Positions 23,901 through 35,796 of a stretch of DNA of 64,000 bases are shown piece by piece. The stretch's first letter is position 1. Each line of letters starts with the position of its first letter. This DNA is from Asterias rubens (taxonomy: Eukaryota): assembly GCF_902459465.1 (NCBI RefSeq), contig NC_047069.1, positions 19,468,001 to 19,532,000 of the forward strand, given 5' to 3'. The notes beneath the pieces are model-generated. The model made no database searches. It was given only the letters and a program-made list of their open reading frames with translations, and was not told the DNA's origin. A program made the translations under genes and the position numbers.

Positions 23901-26900
23901 GCCCTAGTTGTTTAGTGCATCAGCTTTTGGTATTGTTAGAGTGAGATTTTGGGTCCTGGTGATGAAACTTGTTCTTGGGCGAGGCAATTGACCATTATTG
24001 CTTCCTTCTTCTGATTGAACACTAAGTAGCAGCTTGTGTGTGTGTGTGTTATGCCTTAAAGGCAGTGGACACTATTGATAATTGTCAAAGACTAGTCTTC
24101 ACAGTTGGTGTATCTCAACATATGCATAAAATAACAAACCTGTGAAAATTTGAGCTCAATTGGTCATCGAACTTGCGAGATAATAATGAAAGAAAAATAA
24201 CCCTTGCAACATGAAGTTGTGTGCGTTTAGATGGTTGATTTCGTGACTTGAGGTCTCGAAATCAAATTCGTGGAAAATTACTTCTTTCTCGAAAACTATG
24301 GCACTTCAGAGGGAGCCGTTTCTAACCATGTTTTATACCATCAACCTCTCCCCGTTTTTACTCGTCACCAAGAAAGGTTTTTTGCCAATAATTATTTTGA
24401 GTAATTACCAATAGTGTCCACTGCCTTTAAACAAACCCAGTACAACTGCCTCAAGTGGATCCCATAAAAATAGCACTTTATAAGTTTAATTTGAAACATT
24501 GGATGGTGGAAGAATAACTATGAGAGGTTTGCGGTAATTCTATGTGAATACCTTTCTTGAGTAGTGTTGGTTCTGAAAACGACTCAACATAAGCAGCATC
24601 AAGCAACAGAGGCCAGTATCATCCTGAAGACAGTCGGAGCATGCTGATCGAAATGTTAAGTCGTTAACCTTCGGTTCTTTTCAAAACCAACTCTACTCAA
24701 AAGAAATTTTCACATGGTGCTACTGCAAACCTCTCTTAAAAACGCCATAAGAATCCTGAATTCTGATTGTAATTGTAAAATTTTCTCAAAGGTGAGGACG
24801 GTGAAGAGGTTCTGTATGGAACATCTGATGGCAAGGTCGGACTGGTGCAGCTTGGAAGGTTGGAACATTTATTTATTTTGTCTTCCTTTTTCTGCTCTTC
24901 TCACCCATACACTCTTTCTGAGATGTTGATCAAAACAAAAAATTAAGTAGGTGTTTTGCAGGATTGGTAGAGCTTAATTACATATAGAGACAGTTTTCGT
25001 TTTGTGTGATCAACATGAAACCTGTGAAAATAGTGGGAAACCATGCACGGTTTTCAGCGTGTGAACGCAGTGTCATTAATCTCGGTTGTAGCAACCAAAT
25101 GAATTGTTGCTTTGGAGGTTTTTTTAAACTGATGTTTTTATTCTTAGCAATCTTGTATAACACTTTGATTAAGCTTTACTCCATTCTCCACCTATTTTTT
25201 CACCCTGTTGTTGCTTGTCAATAAATTCCCATCCCCTCTTTTTAAAAATGATGCGTTCCTTAAGTTCTGTCATTTTAATTCTCCCTTGAACAGAACTACT
25301 CCAAACCATAAGTGGGAGATACCAAATGAGAAGCGTAATGGGGGTGTTCTCTGCATGGATAACTATGACATCACTGCAGACGGGATAGCTGATTTGCTGG
25401 TGGGGAGGGACGATGGCTTGATGGAAGTGTACGGATATGATGAATCTGATGAACCTGTTTTGAGATTCAGTCAGGTATGTCTCAAAAAAGTTTGTTCCTT
25501 ATTCCCCAGGGCCCCCTGCCCCCATAGGGAGAAGCCAAAACCACAGAGCGTTAATAATAATATAAAAGTCATATATATATATAGCGCACGTATCTACCAA
25601 ACAAGTTACTCAAGGCGCTGAGTATTCAGAAAGATAGGTTATTGCAGTGATAAATTCTGAGACCCAATTATGTAGCGCCTTATAAGGGTTTACAAGGTGC
25701 TATGGCGCATACAGCAGCCACAGCCAGAAACTGGGGCGAACCCCTTCTCTTTTCGAAAAATGCACTGGGTTCTTTTACATGCGTTGCAGAACACATGGGA
25801 CCAACGGCTGTACGTCCCCTCCGAAGAACGAAGTAATGGTTAGGTGTCTTGCTTAAGGACACAAGTGTTTTTTTTTCTTCTTCTTTTTATTCCCCTGGAG
25901 GGGGAAATTTATTCAAGTTTCTTCAATGTACAAAGCTACACAAACTACTGGTAAAACCAACTACTTATAGAACGATACTAAAAGAGAAATGGCAAATGGG
26001 AAAAACACAAGTGTCTTGGCTGGGGATTCAAACCCACACTCTGCTGATCAGAAACACCAGAGTTTGAATTCAGTGCTCTTTAACGATTACCAATTAATAT
26101 TTGTTATTTTTTTTTTCCTTCAGACTTTGAGCGAGAGTATCAGCTCTATTCAGGGAGGTGTGTTAGCAACAGCCGGATATGATGAAATAGTTGCATGTAC
26201 ATATGCAGGTAAACATTATCAGTCATGATTTAATATGATTCATTTGAAGTGAATTCCATCACTATACTTGCATTATGACATATGCATACTAAGCACTCAC
26301 TCTACAAGCACGATACAAGTGCCTGAACGTTTTCCACTGTCACCTTTGGTTCGCCAATCAGTGTTATTCATTCCAGGAGTAATAATAATAATACAAATAA
26401 GGAATGTTTATGAGTGCAATGGTGTGAATGTGTTCATGAGTTGAAAAATGGAATATTCTATTCAACGAGGCGTAGCAGTGAAGACACGGGCAGGCAGTGA
26501 TGTTTTTTGCTCAGTGTGCAATAGTACTGTTCGGATGGAACGAAAAATGCCTGCTGAGTGACGTAGCGTGCAATAGTACGGACAATCTTCCAATCAAATG
26601 GCAAGGATCTGCTTTGGTGTTACATAATAAGACATAAAATTTTATTACGCGATTAATACAGTTTCTAAGTGTTTCTAAGTGCATATTCAGTATTTTTCTG
26701 TAAGGTATGTGGGATTATGTTTGAATTATGAGACCTACTCCTTTTACATAGCACCAAGTAATGGTTTACAAGGTGCTGTGACGCAATATGCTGCCAATCA
26801 AATTAGGAACACTGAGGTGAACCACTTCTCTTTTTGATAAGTGCACTGGTTCTTGTACGTGCATTACACAACACACAGGACCAATGGCTTGACGTCTGAT

Positions 26901-29900
26901 CCAAAGGCAAGTCATCATGGTTAAGTGACCTGCTGGGATTGGAACCCACAGTTTGTCGATCAGAAACACAAGGGCCCAATTTCATAGAGCTGCTTAAGCA
27001 AAAAAATCTGCCTTAGCAAAATAATCCTTGCTTAGTAAAATCAGAAAACCGGCTAAGACTCCACTCAATTGTTTTGCTAAGAAAACAATAGCCCAATACC
27101 AGTCACAAGCAATGTATATGGCATGAAATTTTGGGCAGTAACACGTGTAAAATAAGCAAGCAATTTTCGTGCTTAACCAAAAATTGTTTGCTTAAGCAGC
27201 TCTATGAAATTGGCCCCAGAGCTTGAATCAATCATCTTAACCGCTCGGCCAGGACATGCCACGTGTAAGAGGCCAGAGGTTTTGATTCATAATTTTAATT
27301 TCCTTCATTGTACAGGTTGGATTCAAGGACTAAGCACGGAGCCGCCTCAAAAAGAAGCCGGGCCTGGAGAGAAAGTCAAAGTCAGTCAAGACACTCAGAA
27401 TAAGATCACGCATCTTAAGTAAGTCTCAGTTGTTTTGAGCCGTTTCTGTCACCATGGTCCAGTGGTTAGACTGCAGGACTTGCAATCACAAGGTTGTGGG
27501 TTAAAATCCTACCAAGCTAACTCTGATTTCAGTATGACTTTAAAAAGTATTGTGGTCTAATTGCTGCATTACAATTTATTGATTTGTGCAATTTATAATG
27601 ATAGATGTAAAACCAATGTATGAGAAACATTGGTTGTTGCCAATTTGTTGTTTATATTCCCTTGTGTGAGTTTGCCCAGTTCCCTTGAAGAGAAGATCAT
27701 CTTAGCAAACAAACAAACAGAATCAGGCATGTTTGAGTTCAGTTGATGAGCAGCATACATGTACCTTCCCTCACTTTCCAAAGCTGTCTACTGTATTCTA
27801 TAAAGATTGCCAGCCAAACAAGCTGCTTAGCAGAAAAAAAGGGGTTAGAATTTTTTTTTTCTGAACAAAAATTAGTAGGGAACCCGTCTCATAAATATGA
27901 TTTCACGGCATTCTTGCTGGTAACCTACTTCTGCTTAGCAAGATTGTTTTGCTGAGCAGCTTAATGAAATTGGCCATACTAAACATACTAAAAATGAGTA
28001 AGTCATAAATTCTGTAAATATGATTTACTTGACTAATAGGCTGTCAGTCTATTACCGGTAAGCAAGATTTTCTGATTTGAGCTATGTTTAGTACAGAAAG
28101 AAAATTGGACCTTTAGCCAAGGGCCCAATTTCATAGAATAGCACTAAAAGAAGCTGAGCACAATATAAGTGTGCTTACCAGAATAAAGTTATCACCCAAA
28201 ATACCATTCCAGATGTGCCATCTGTGACTGGTATTCTGCTCATTTATGCTAAGCAGAAAATCATGTGCCATGAAATCTGGCCCTGAAATTGTGGAAACTT
28301 AAGTTCACTCACATCATTGCCTGAAGATTGTTGTGTATTGGGATTTTTTTTTATATATTTGTCAAATTCACAGGACAGAGCTTGAAAATCTTCAACGCCG
28401 TGTCATCCAAGAAAGGGAGAAGTACCACTACTCGGCAATGAACACTAAAGCCATCTCGGCCGTGCCGTACTTCAACATCAACGATCGCTTCTCGCTGAAT
28501 CGAGACGATGCTAGCTACACGCTAAGCATCGAAGTACAAGTTGCTATCGACAACGTGTTGCTGCAGAGTGACGTCCCGATTGATTTGTTGGACGTAGACA
28601 AAAACTCTGCTGTGGTTAGCTACAGTTCCTGTGATACAGAGGTGGGCTAACATTTTGACTATTTAAAAAAATATTTACAGCAAAGGGAAAGTTTTATACG
28701 CTAGATGGCAGCATATATTGACCCAGTTCACCTGACGCCATCATCAGAAAAATCTTGAATGCGCCATACTGGTGGGCAGGTTCACTGCTTTTTTATATAA
28801 AACTCTATGCTGTGCGTTATACAGTGAAGTGCACATTTTAGGCGACGCGGCGTTAATACACGTAAACCTAACTGCCCACCAACATGGTGAGCGTGGCATC
28901 AGTCGCCGCGAGTGACGCACGTACAAGGGGTCAATACCTATTGGGGGACTTTTGGGACAGTAGTTGGCAGCAGACTTACCAGGTAAATCCATCGTTCTCA
29001 GAAATGTGTCATTCTCAGAACTACGTAAACAATGAAAATTTACCTGGTAAGTCTGCTGTCACCCAACAGTGTTTAAAGTCTGCAATTTCTGAGAAGAGGT
29101 CTGCTGACAACTAGTGATAATAATAGTAATCAGTAAAAAGATTGTGTATTCTACATGTAAGATTGAACTTATTTCGAAAAGTTGTGTTTTTTTGACCAAC
29201 TACATGTACATATACTTACACTTTTTAGTGTCAACAATAGCTGTTCCCACTAGTGTGTCGGAACAGCTAGTAATAGTATGTAGGTTCTCTATCACACCCC
29301 TAGGGGTGTATCAAAGTGTTCATTATTTGGTTTTCAACAGCATAAGCAGAGCTATGTTTTGAATTATGAGACCCATTTACATCTACTAATGGTTTTACAG
29401 CTTATAACACTGGGTTCTTATTTAGCGCTTTATCACACACTTAGGGGCATATCAAAGTGTTCAGTATTTGTTTTTCAAAAGGAAAAGTATGTAGCACCTA
29501 CAAATACTTTTCAAGGTGCTCCAGCGCATTCAGCAGCCACTGCCAGAAAACACCACCCATGAACAACCGCTAATAAAGTGTATCTTATCATTTTGTAGAA
29601 TGGCAACTTCCTGCTGGCTACCTATCGATGCCAAGCCAACACAACGCGGCTGGAGCTGAAAGTGCGATCAATAGAGGGCCAATACGGTGTATTACAAGCG
29701 TACATCACACCGCGGCTACAGCCGAAGACGTGTCAAGTCAGACAGTACAGAATCAAACCTTTATCTCTCCATCAGAGGACTCATGTACTTGATGACACAA
29801 GGTAGAACTCCTAGATAGTCTGTAGCGACAGCAAATCAGGGCCTGAATTTGGGGGGAAATATCCACAAGACTCCAGGGGTTGATTTCACAAAGAGTTGGG

Positions 29901-32638
29901 ACTCGTCTTATCTCGAGTTAGGACGGGTAACTCGTCCTAACTTAGGATTAATCTTAAGGTCTGCATGCTACAGTCCAGGGTTGGGACTCGTCCTAAGTCC
30001 TAAGATTAGTCTTAAGTTAGGAAGAGTTTTGTGAAATCGTCGGCAGGGCTTGTAGCTCAAAATGTGTACTGGATCAGAATTTGCTTAACAAGACTAGCGT
30101 TCAAATGAGAATGGTTTGACATGAACTTAATTTTTAATTTTTTTTATATTATATTTTAACAATGTCTGGTACAATGACAAGTTTACTGCTTCAAATTCGA
30201 ATTTCTCTGAGACGGCTATTTGGAATGGTTAGGGCCAGATTTTAGCAACCTCTAGATGGGCAAACCCTGGTACCATTGTGTCATACACATTCATTCAAAA
30301 TTGTGTGTGGTATTTCTTCCATAAGTATGCAAAAGCTTGCCCTAAGTTACGTAACATAGCAACTGTCCTTAAAGTTTGATCAATTTAGTTTTAATTTGGG
30401 ATTAAAAGCTGACTGGAACGAAATTTGAACCAACGACCTATGGTTTAACGGGACCTACATTTTTAGGTCCAATTCAAAAGACAAAGCAATAATGGTATAT
30501 TTTATATAATTCCTAGTCTGCTGATCAGAAGCACCAGAGCTTGAGTCCGGTGCATTCTTAAACCATCTCAGCTCCCTGGGGAGTATACAGCCTGTGCTAC
30601 AAATATGTGCTACTAAGCTAAATCAATCTCAAGTACCATCTCTGCCCTCACAGGTACCCATTTACCCCTGGGTGGAGAGAAACAATTATAGTTAAGTGTC
30701 TTGCTCAGTGACACAAGTGTCACGACTCCCGAACCCACACTCTGCTGAAAAAAAAAAATCAGTGCTTGAGTTCGGAGCTCTTATATTCTTATACACTACA
30801 GTTTATGAGTGTATTCTCACCCTTAATATTTCTATTTGAACCATTTTATATTTTGCCTGTTCACCAGGCCGATGAACTCGCTGAAGCTGAGTGGTCAGTT
30901 CAGCTTGGCCGAGATCCACTCCTGGGTATGTTTCTGTCTCCCTGAGATTCCAGATCGGACCCCGCCCGGTGACAGCATCAACTTTCACTTCCTCTCAACA
31001 TTCCTGGATACACAGCTAGATTGCTTCTATAAGTAAGATCATTTACTTCTTAAAGGGTTTGGGTACTTTTTGTAAGACACTAAACACAAAAATTTCCACA
31101 GATTTACATTAAACTTACAAGGTTTTGAGATAATGATGGTAGAAAGCTTCCCATGGCAAATATTACTTGCTTAGGTGCTGTAGTTTTTTCAAAAATAAGT
31201 AAAACACTCTAGGATGGGCCTACCGATCACAAATTCTATATGCAGCATGGTATGTTGGTTGGTAACCTTATTCTGATAAGCATAATTTTGTTTTGCTTAG
31301 CTACCTACGGTAATTAATTACCAAATTGCACTCTCTTTTTAGGAAAGGCGAGGGCATTTTCCGTTCCGACAATATCTCGACCATCTCCATCTTGAAAGAT
31401 GTCTTGACGAAGGAGGCAACAAAGCGTAAGATCAATCTGAACATCAGCTACGAGCTTCAGGATGAATCCGTCCCTGACACCTTGAAACGTCTCCATCCAA
31501 AACTGGAGTATCAACTCCTCTTAGCCAAGAAAGTGCAGCTCATTGATGCATTAAAGGTACACAAAGAAAAGCTCTCTTCAAATTTGTTTTCTTTTTTTCT
31601 GAAACGTTTTTTTGAATGCTTTACAAATTGCAATGAAGTTTGTTTATATAATTTCTGTACTTTTGTTTTAAATGATCAACCAGTTTGCTCCAGGTTCTCC
31701 ACAATTTTTCCGGTACCACCCACAAGTATCATTATTACACAAACTCCCAACAATTAAATGAACGCTACCAGCTTTTGAAATTAAATTTTCACAGTTTAGT
31801 TTTCTTGTATACATAAACATTGAAAACAAACAGCAAAGTTACATTTTGTCATCATCACCTTGTGAGACAAACCTTTGACGTCATTGATTTTGTCTCATCA
31901 GGAGCTTCAGATTCATGAAGGAGATCTTGAGTTCATGTCTCCAGAGTATCGGCAGATTCTTAGCGAGGCGGACAAACTTCAGGCAGAGTACAAGAAGCAA
32001 CCCTGTCACCTTGAGAGACTGTACGGTACGTTAAGTTCACAAACGCCTCTCTATTGTGGACCAATAGGCAATGTTATGTGAAGTTTGCCTGATTGCTTCT
32101 GTGTTGGTTTATTCATCAATAATCAATAATGTGTGTCAAGGTTAAGCCGTTCAGAACACCAGATTCATGGCTCTGATGTTTCTGATAAGCAGAGTGTGGG
32201 TTCTTATAAGCAAGACACTTAACCATTTTTGCTGCATCTTTCCAATGGGACGTTAAGCTGTTGGTCCCATGTGTTGTGAAAATAACCCAGTGTACTTTAC
32301 AAAAAGAGAAGGAGGTTTGCCCAGGTGTTCCTGGTTTCGATTGCCTGTATATTGAGCCACAGCACCATTATATTGTGCTATAAAACAAAATTTGTGTTGA
32401 ATTGTCTTCCAAACACTTTAACAAGAAAACAATTTTGGTGTAAGATGATGATGATAATATTGTTAACAATTGCTTTATTTCTTCCTATGTTTCTTCAGGC
32501 ATGATCACCGATCTCTTCATCGACAAGTTTAAGTTCAAGGGAACCAACGTCAAGACTAAGGTACCTCAACTCCTCGAGGTACTAGATAACTACGAGCTTC
32601 AAAACCTCATTGATTTCTTCACCTCGGGAGGGTCGTAA
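20935..32638 (+). CDS. BBS7: Bardet-Biedl syndrome 7 protein (BBSome subunit), complete, 14 exons
   Basis: Exons 20935-20970, 21465-21593, 22509-22684, 23579-23838, 24792-24858, 25294-25474, 26124-26208, 27316-27418, 28374-28641, 29599-29801, 30868-31032, 31343-31556, 31902-32025, 32499-32638; all GT-AG with consistent phases. The peptide [74 protein letters not shown] matches BBS7. An extra in-frame ATG lies at 20932. Confidence 0.98.
22801..22995. mobile_element. Fold-back element related to the 24522-24735 family, interrupting a 15-bp AAAGGTGCYAACYAA tandem repeat (22690-23100)
   Basis: GGAAGAAACTATA..GGTACAACCATGTGTAA..GGGAGTGTTGGCTC is mirrored by GAGCCAACACTCCC..TTACACATGGTTGTACC..TATAGTTTCTTCC. 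Confidence 0.7.
24056..24430. mobile_element. TTAA-flanked Kolobok-like MITE, the most abundant family in the window
   Basis: TTAA-AGGCAGTGGACACTATTG..CAATAGTGTCCACTGCCT-TTAA. Related copies at 38432-38813, 41706-42088, 58666-59051; partial copies at 14931-15250, 37712-38010, 51089-51460, 54030-54240. Confidence 0.9.
24522..24735. mobile_element. Fold-back repeat, probably Penelope-like-element derived, with a hammerhead-like core; related copy at 48950-49101
   Basis: Arms GAGAGGTTTGCGGTA..GTGTTGGTTCTGAAAA / TTTTCAAAACCAAC..TACTGCAAACCTCTC; centre CTGAAGACAGTCGGAGCATGCTGATCGAAA. Confidence 0.55.
25553..26085 (-). mobile_element. tRNA-Leu(CAA)-derived SINE with a Deu/Nin-like central domain and an L2-like tail, interrupted at 25869-26004
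   Basis: Minus strand: head ..GAGCACTGAATTCAAACTCTGG..GTGTGGGTTTGAATCCC, then GACACTTGTGTCCTTAAGCAAGACAC, then GGGGACGTACAGCCGTTGGTCCC..AAAAGAACCCAGTGCA..GAAAAGAGAAGGGGTTCGCCCCAG, tail GCGCCTTGAG..GTGCGCTATAT..(ATT)n. Other copies at 26720-27260 (-), 32140-32383 (+); partial at 29350-29560 and 33460-33560. Confidence 0.75.
25869..26004 (-). mobile_element. Short 5'-truncated polyadenylated retro-insertion with a 10-bp TSD
   Basis: Flanked by ACACAAGTGT at 25859-25868 and 26005-26014. The minus strand ends GGAATAAAAAGAAGAAGAAAAAAAA (AATAAA plus an A-rich tail). Confidence 0.75.
26973..27216. mobile_element. CWG-flanked PIF/Harbinger-like MITE inserted into a SINE head
   Basis: GGCCCAATTTCATAGAGCTGCTTAAGC..GCTTAAGCAGCTCTATGAAATTGGCCC; the SINE head resumes at 27217-27260. 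Relatives at 28122-28285, 40995-41190, 49620-49860. Confidence 0.75.
27448..27720 (+). mobile_element. tRNA-Cys(GCA)-like-headed SINE with a (CAAA)n tail
   Basis: Head TGGTCCAGTGGTTAGACTGCAGGACTTGCAATCACAAGGTTGTGGGTTAAAATCC (A and B boxes); body ending ..GAGTTTGCCCAGTTCCCTTGAAGAGAAGATCATC + CAAA repeats. Copies at 38880-39170 (-), 45877-46110 (-), 21050-21250 (+), 62930-63205 (+). Confidence 0.75.
29877..30043. mobile_element. CAG-flanked Harbinger-like MITE
   Basis: CAG|GGGTTGATTTCACAAAGAG..GAGTTTTGTGAAATCGTCGG|CAG; relatives at 14766-14930 and 47146-47300. Confidence 0.7.
30560..30785 (-). mobile_element. tRNA-Leu-headed SINE with a CORE-like domain
   Basis: Same head and GACACTTGTGTC..AGCAAGACACTTAAC segment as the Deu-type SINE, but followed by CTCTCCACCCAGGGGTAAATGGGTACC and a different tail (GGCTGTATACTCCCCAGGGAGCTGAGATGG). 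Confidence 0.65.
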
Positions 32639-33126
32639 AGAACTCTATAACTAAAGCATTATTTATTGAATATTGAGAAATGTTGTTTTTTAGAGGTCGT
32701 TCAAACACAGTACTTAAGTGGGTTTGAAGGCAGTTTAACTCATTTGAGTTTAACAACATTGTGTGTCTGCACACGTTGGGAAAACTTAACCGTATACCAT
32801 ACAGCTAAACCCTAAATGAGTTAAATTGGTCGACGAGGGTGGTTTAACTCTTAAACTACTTCAGGTTTTCTTTTAGCACGGTGTGTGGCAGAATAAAAAG
32901 TACCACATCCAGTTTTAACTCAAAATAGATGACTGGTGTTTGATCCTTGCTGTTTGACCTCTTAAAACCGAAGACAAACCAAATCGGGTTTAACTTTGAA
33001 CTGTTTTAATGCAGTTTTATTTGTAGGACCTCTGCTTGTGAAGTTAAACCGGGTTCGAGTCTTACTTAGGTTGGATTAGCTCCTCTGTATTGTTAGAGGT
33101 AGTTTATGAGATTCTGTTGACCTCGC

Positions 33127-33435
33127 TTAAAGGAACATTACAGAATTGGTTTTGCTTGCAAAAAAGTTGCTGTCAGTGTAAGCACTTTTTGTTATCCACC
33201 ATATATATTAACTGACAAACATGTAGAAGTTTGAGATCGATTGGCCATCTGGGTCACGAGAGAATAGTAAAAAACGCGAAATTAGAATATCTGTTTCTAA
33301 ACAAATATGAAATTTCAGACAGAAATATTTCAAGGTATGTTTTCTACTATCATCATCATTAGACCGTGTAAGTTTTATGTGAATCTGTGATCTTCACGAT
33401 TTTTGTTTCTTACCAATTCTGTAACGTTCCTTTAA
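33127..33435. mobile_element. TTAA-flanked Kolobok-like MITE (second family); copy at 40240-40616
   Basis: TTAA-AGGAACATTACAGAATTGG..CCAATTCTGTAACGTTCCT-TTAA. Confidence 0.85.
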
Positions 33436-33723
33436 GAGTTAAGCAAGAGGTATGAGACACAGTCTTGATACTGGTGTCCCCTGTGTGTTATGTAATGTAG
33501 GTAAAAGAACCCAGTACACTTGTCGATTTCTAGGAGAATATGGTTTTCTCTGGATTTTCTGGATGGATGGTTACAGATTGCAGCCGGTAAAGACTTTCTC
33601 ACACATTGCTGTTTCAGACAGAAATATTTATGAAAATATTTATTACAAACTTGGTAAAAAACACCAGACTTTCAAAAGGTCACTGTTTTTTATTTTATTG
33701 ACCAATGTTGCACCATCAATATG

Positions 33724-34045
33724 TTAAAGGGAAGGTTCACGTTTGGTAGTTACTCAAAGTAAATATTAACTTAAAAACTGACTTGGTAACAAGCATTGGG
33801 GACCTTTTGATAGTGTAAAAAATTGTGGGGAAATGACTCCCTCTGAAGTAACGTAGTTTTTGAGAAAGAGGTAATATTTCTCACTAACGTCCAACAAGGG
33901 TGTTTTTTCTTTCATCATTTCCTCGCAACTTCGATGACCAATTGAGCCCAAATTTTCACAGGTTTGTTATTTTATTGTTATGATGGGGTACACCAAGTGA
34001 GAAGACTGGTCTTTGACAATTACCAAACGTGTACCTTCCCTTTAA
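33724..34045. mobile_element. TTAA-flanked Kolobok-like MITE
   Basis: TTAA-AGGGAAGGTTCACGTTTGG..CCAAACGTGTACCTTCCCT-TTAA; homologous to 12319-12646. Confidence 0.85.
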
Positions 34046-34132
34046 AGATTATTTATAAACAAAGTCAAAAGTGAAATAGAATAGACAGAGGGAGTTCAGT
34101 TACACATTTTATATAAGGTGTAAAAATAGTGC

Positions 34133-34227
34133 AGTTCAACATTTAGACCAGGCATTTAGTTCAACATTTAGACCAGGCATTTAGTTCAACATTTAGACCA
34201 GGCATTTAGTTCAACATTTAGACCAGG
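34133..34227. repeat. 25-bp minisatellite, 3.8 identical copies
   Basis: AGTTCAACATTTAGACCAGGCATTT repeated head to tail. Confidence 0.95.
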
Positions 34228-35796
34228 TATTGTTGGGCATGTACAATTGTTGTATTTTTAAAAAGTATATATTTTGCACTCGATTGTAAATAGTAAATTA
34301 GGTTCAAAATAAGTGTAAATAATAATATTACGTGCTGTGAAAAGTGTATGTGAAAAGATATCTTAATAAAAATGTTTTTGAGATTATTTTGTGTTGATTA
34401 AAAAACTTCAACTTAATGAATATTGACAGAAATGTGCCTCTTTATTTTGTCTGTACTTTCTTTTAGCCCCTTCCTTTTATGCTCGTGTTTTTGTACAAGT
34501 ATGGGAATAGAAAATATTTATGTAGCACTAAAATCTTCCTAAAAGAGGCGCTCAATGTACTTTACAGATAAAGATGTAGAACAAGAAGCCAATAAACATG
34601 GATATAAAGTAAAACAAAACTGTAAACACAAACATAATTTCACCCTTTAAAAACATAAAACTATTTAAAGACTTGAAGGGGTGCTAAGATAATATATAAG
34701 AAGAACCATTTTTAAACCAAACATGCTTCATCATCATGGCATGCAAATAATGCCAAATAAAATTAGTATAACACACTTTTGCAATCAATTTTTTCTCAGT
34801 GATATAACTGTTAAGGATTAAGTATAGTGTTTCTGTCTTGGCGATGGCCTTGGGCATATTTTATTGAAATGATTTGACTTCAAGTAGTAGGTTTATTGCT
34901 AGTTTTATCATACAGCAAGGGTTTTATGCTCATTGACTATCAATGACGGTCATTGACGAACAACATACATTTAGTCCTAATTTGTGTATGGCCGTGTCCG
35001 AAACGGCGACTTCGGCTACAGCTACGGCTAGATCGCGCGCGTCTGCCTATTCTTCAACACTGGTAGACGCGCTGATCTAGACGTAGCTGTAGCCGAAGTC
35101 GTCGTTTCGGACACGGCCTATGACTCGAACTTGGTGCTAATTTCAGTCTAGTCTGGTGTGGGCATGGTGCTGTGGTGTCTAGACGTCTACGTACGCTGTA
35201 GTATCGGTAGTAGTATCATGCATGCAGCAGGACCAGACAACAGCAGGACCAGACAAGTGAGGTTCGAATATTAAAATGTCGTTTTATTTGTAGTAAAAAA
35301 TTATCTTCAGATCAAGTAAGACTGAAACTCTGAAACCAATTACATGAATTATTTGTACTGTGATTTTTAAGGGGCTTTGGACTTGGTTGGGGTTTGCCAT
35401 TGTTTATACAAATTTATGCCACATCAATCAGACACTGCTGGAGAGTATAAAGTGGACTGTAAAAGGGGCGGGGTTTGGGTCTGGGGGGGGGAGGCGGGGT
35501 CTTGTTCGGGTTGTCGTACTTGAGTCCTCGCACTGCATGCAGAAGAGTGAGAGTTGTCTGCTTTTGAAAACTTTCCATATCCTGCCACCAACGTTTTCAC
35601 TACTTTTTACACAGAAAAAAGGGATCATGACATTAATTTGACTAAGTTAAAAAGGCCTAGATCATTTTATTTCATTATATTTATAAAATAAAAAATGAAA
35701 TAGTGGTGGCAGGGTACGGAAACATTTCCATTGCTTTTACTCAATGAGGTTTCCTTTTTCTAATGAAAAAATTGAGTGAGAAAGTGGTGTCACTTC

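Noticed and set aside
27448-27520. Functional tRNA genes (also the Leu-like heads and the Asn-like head at ~46160-46235)
   Set aside because: Acceptor and T stems are degraded and each head runs into a repeated SINE body or other repeat sequence.
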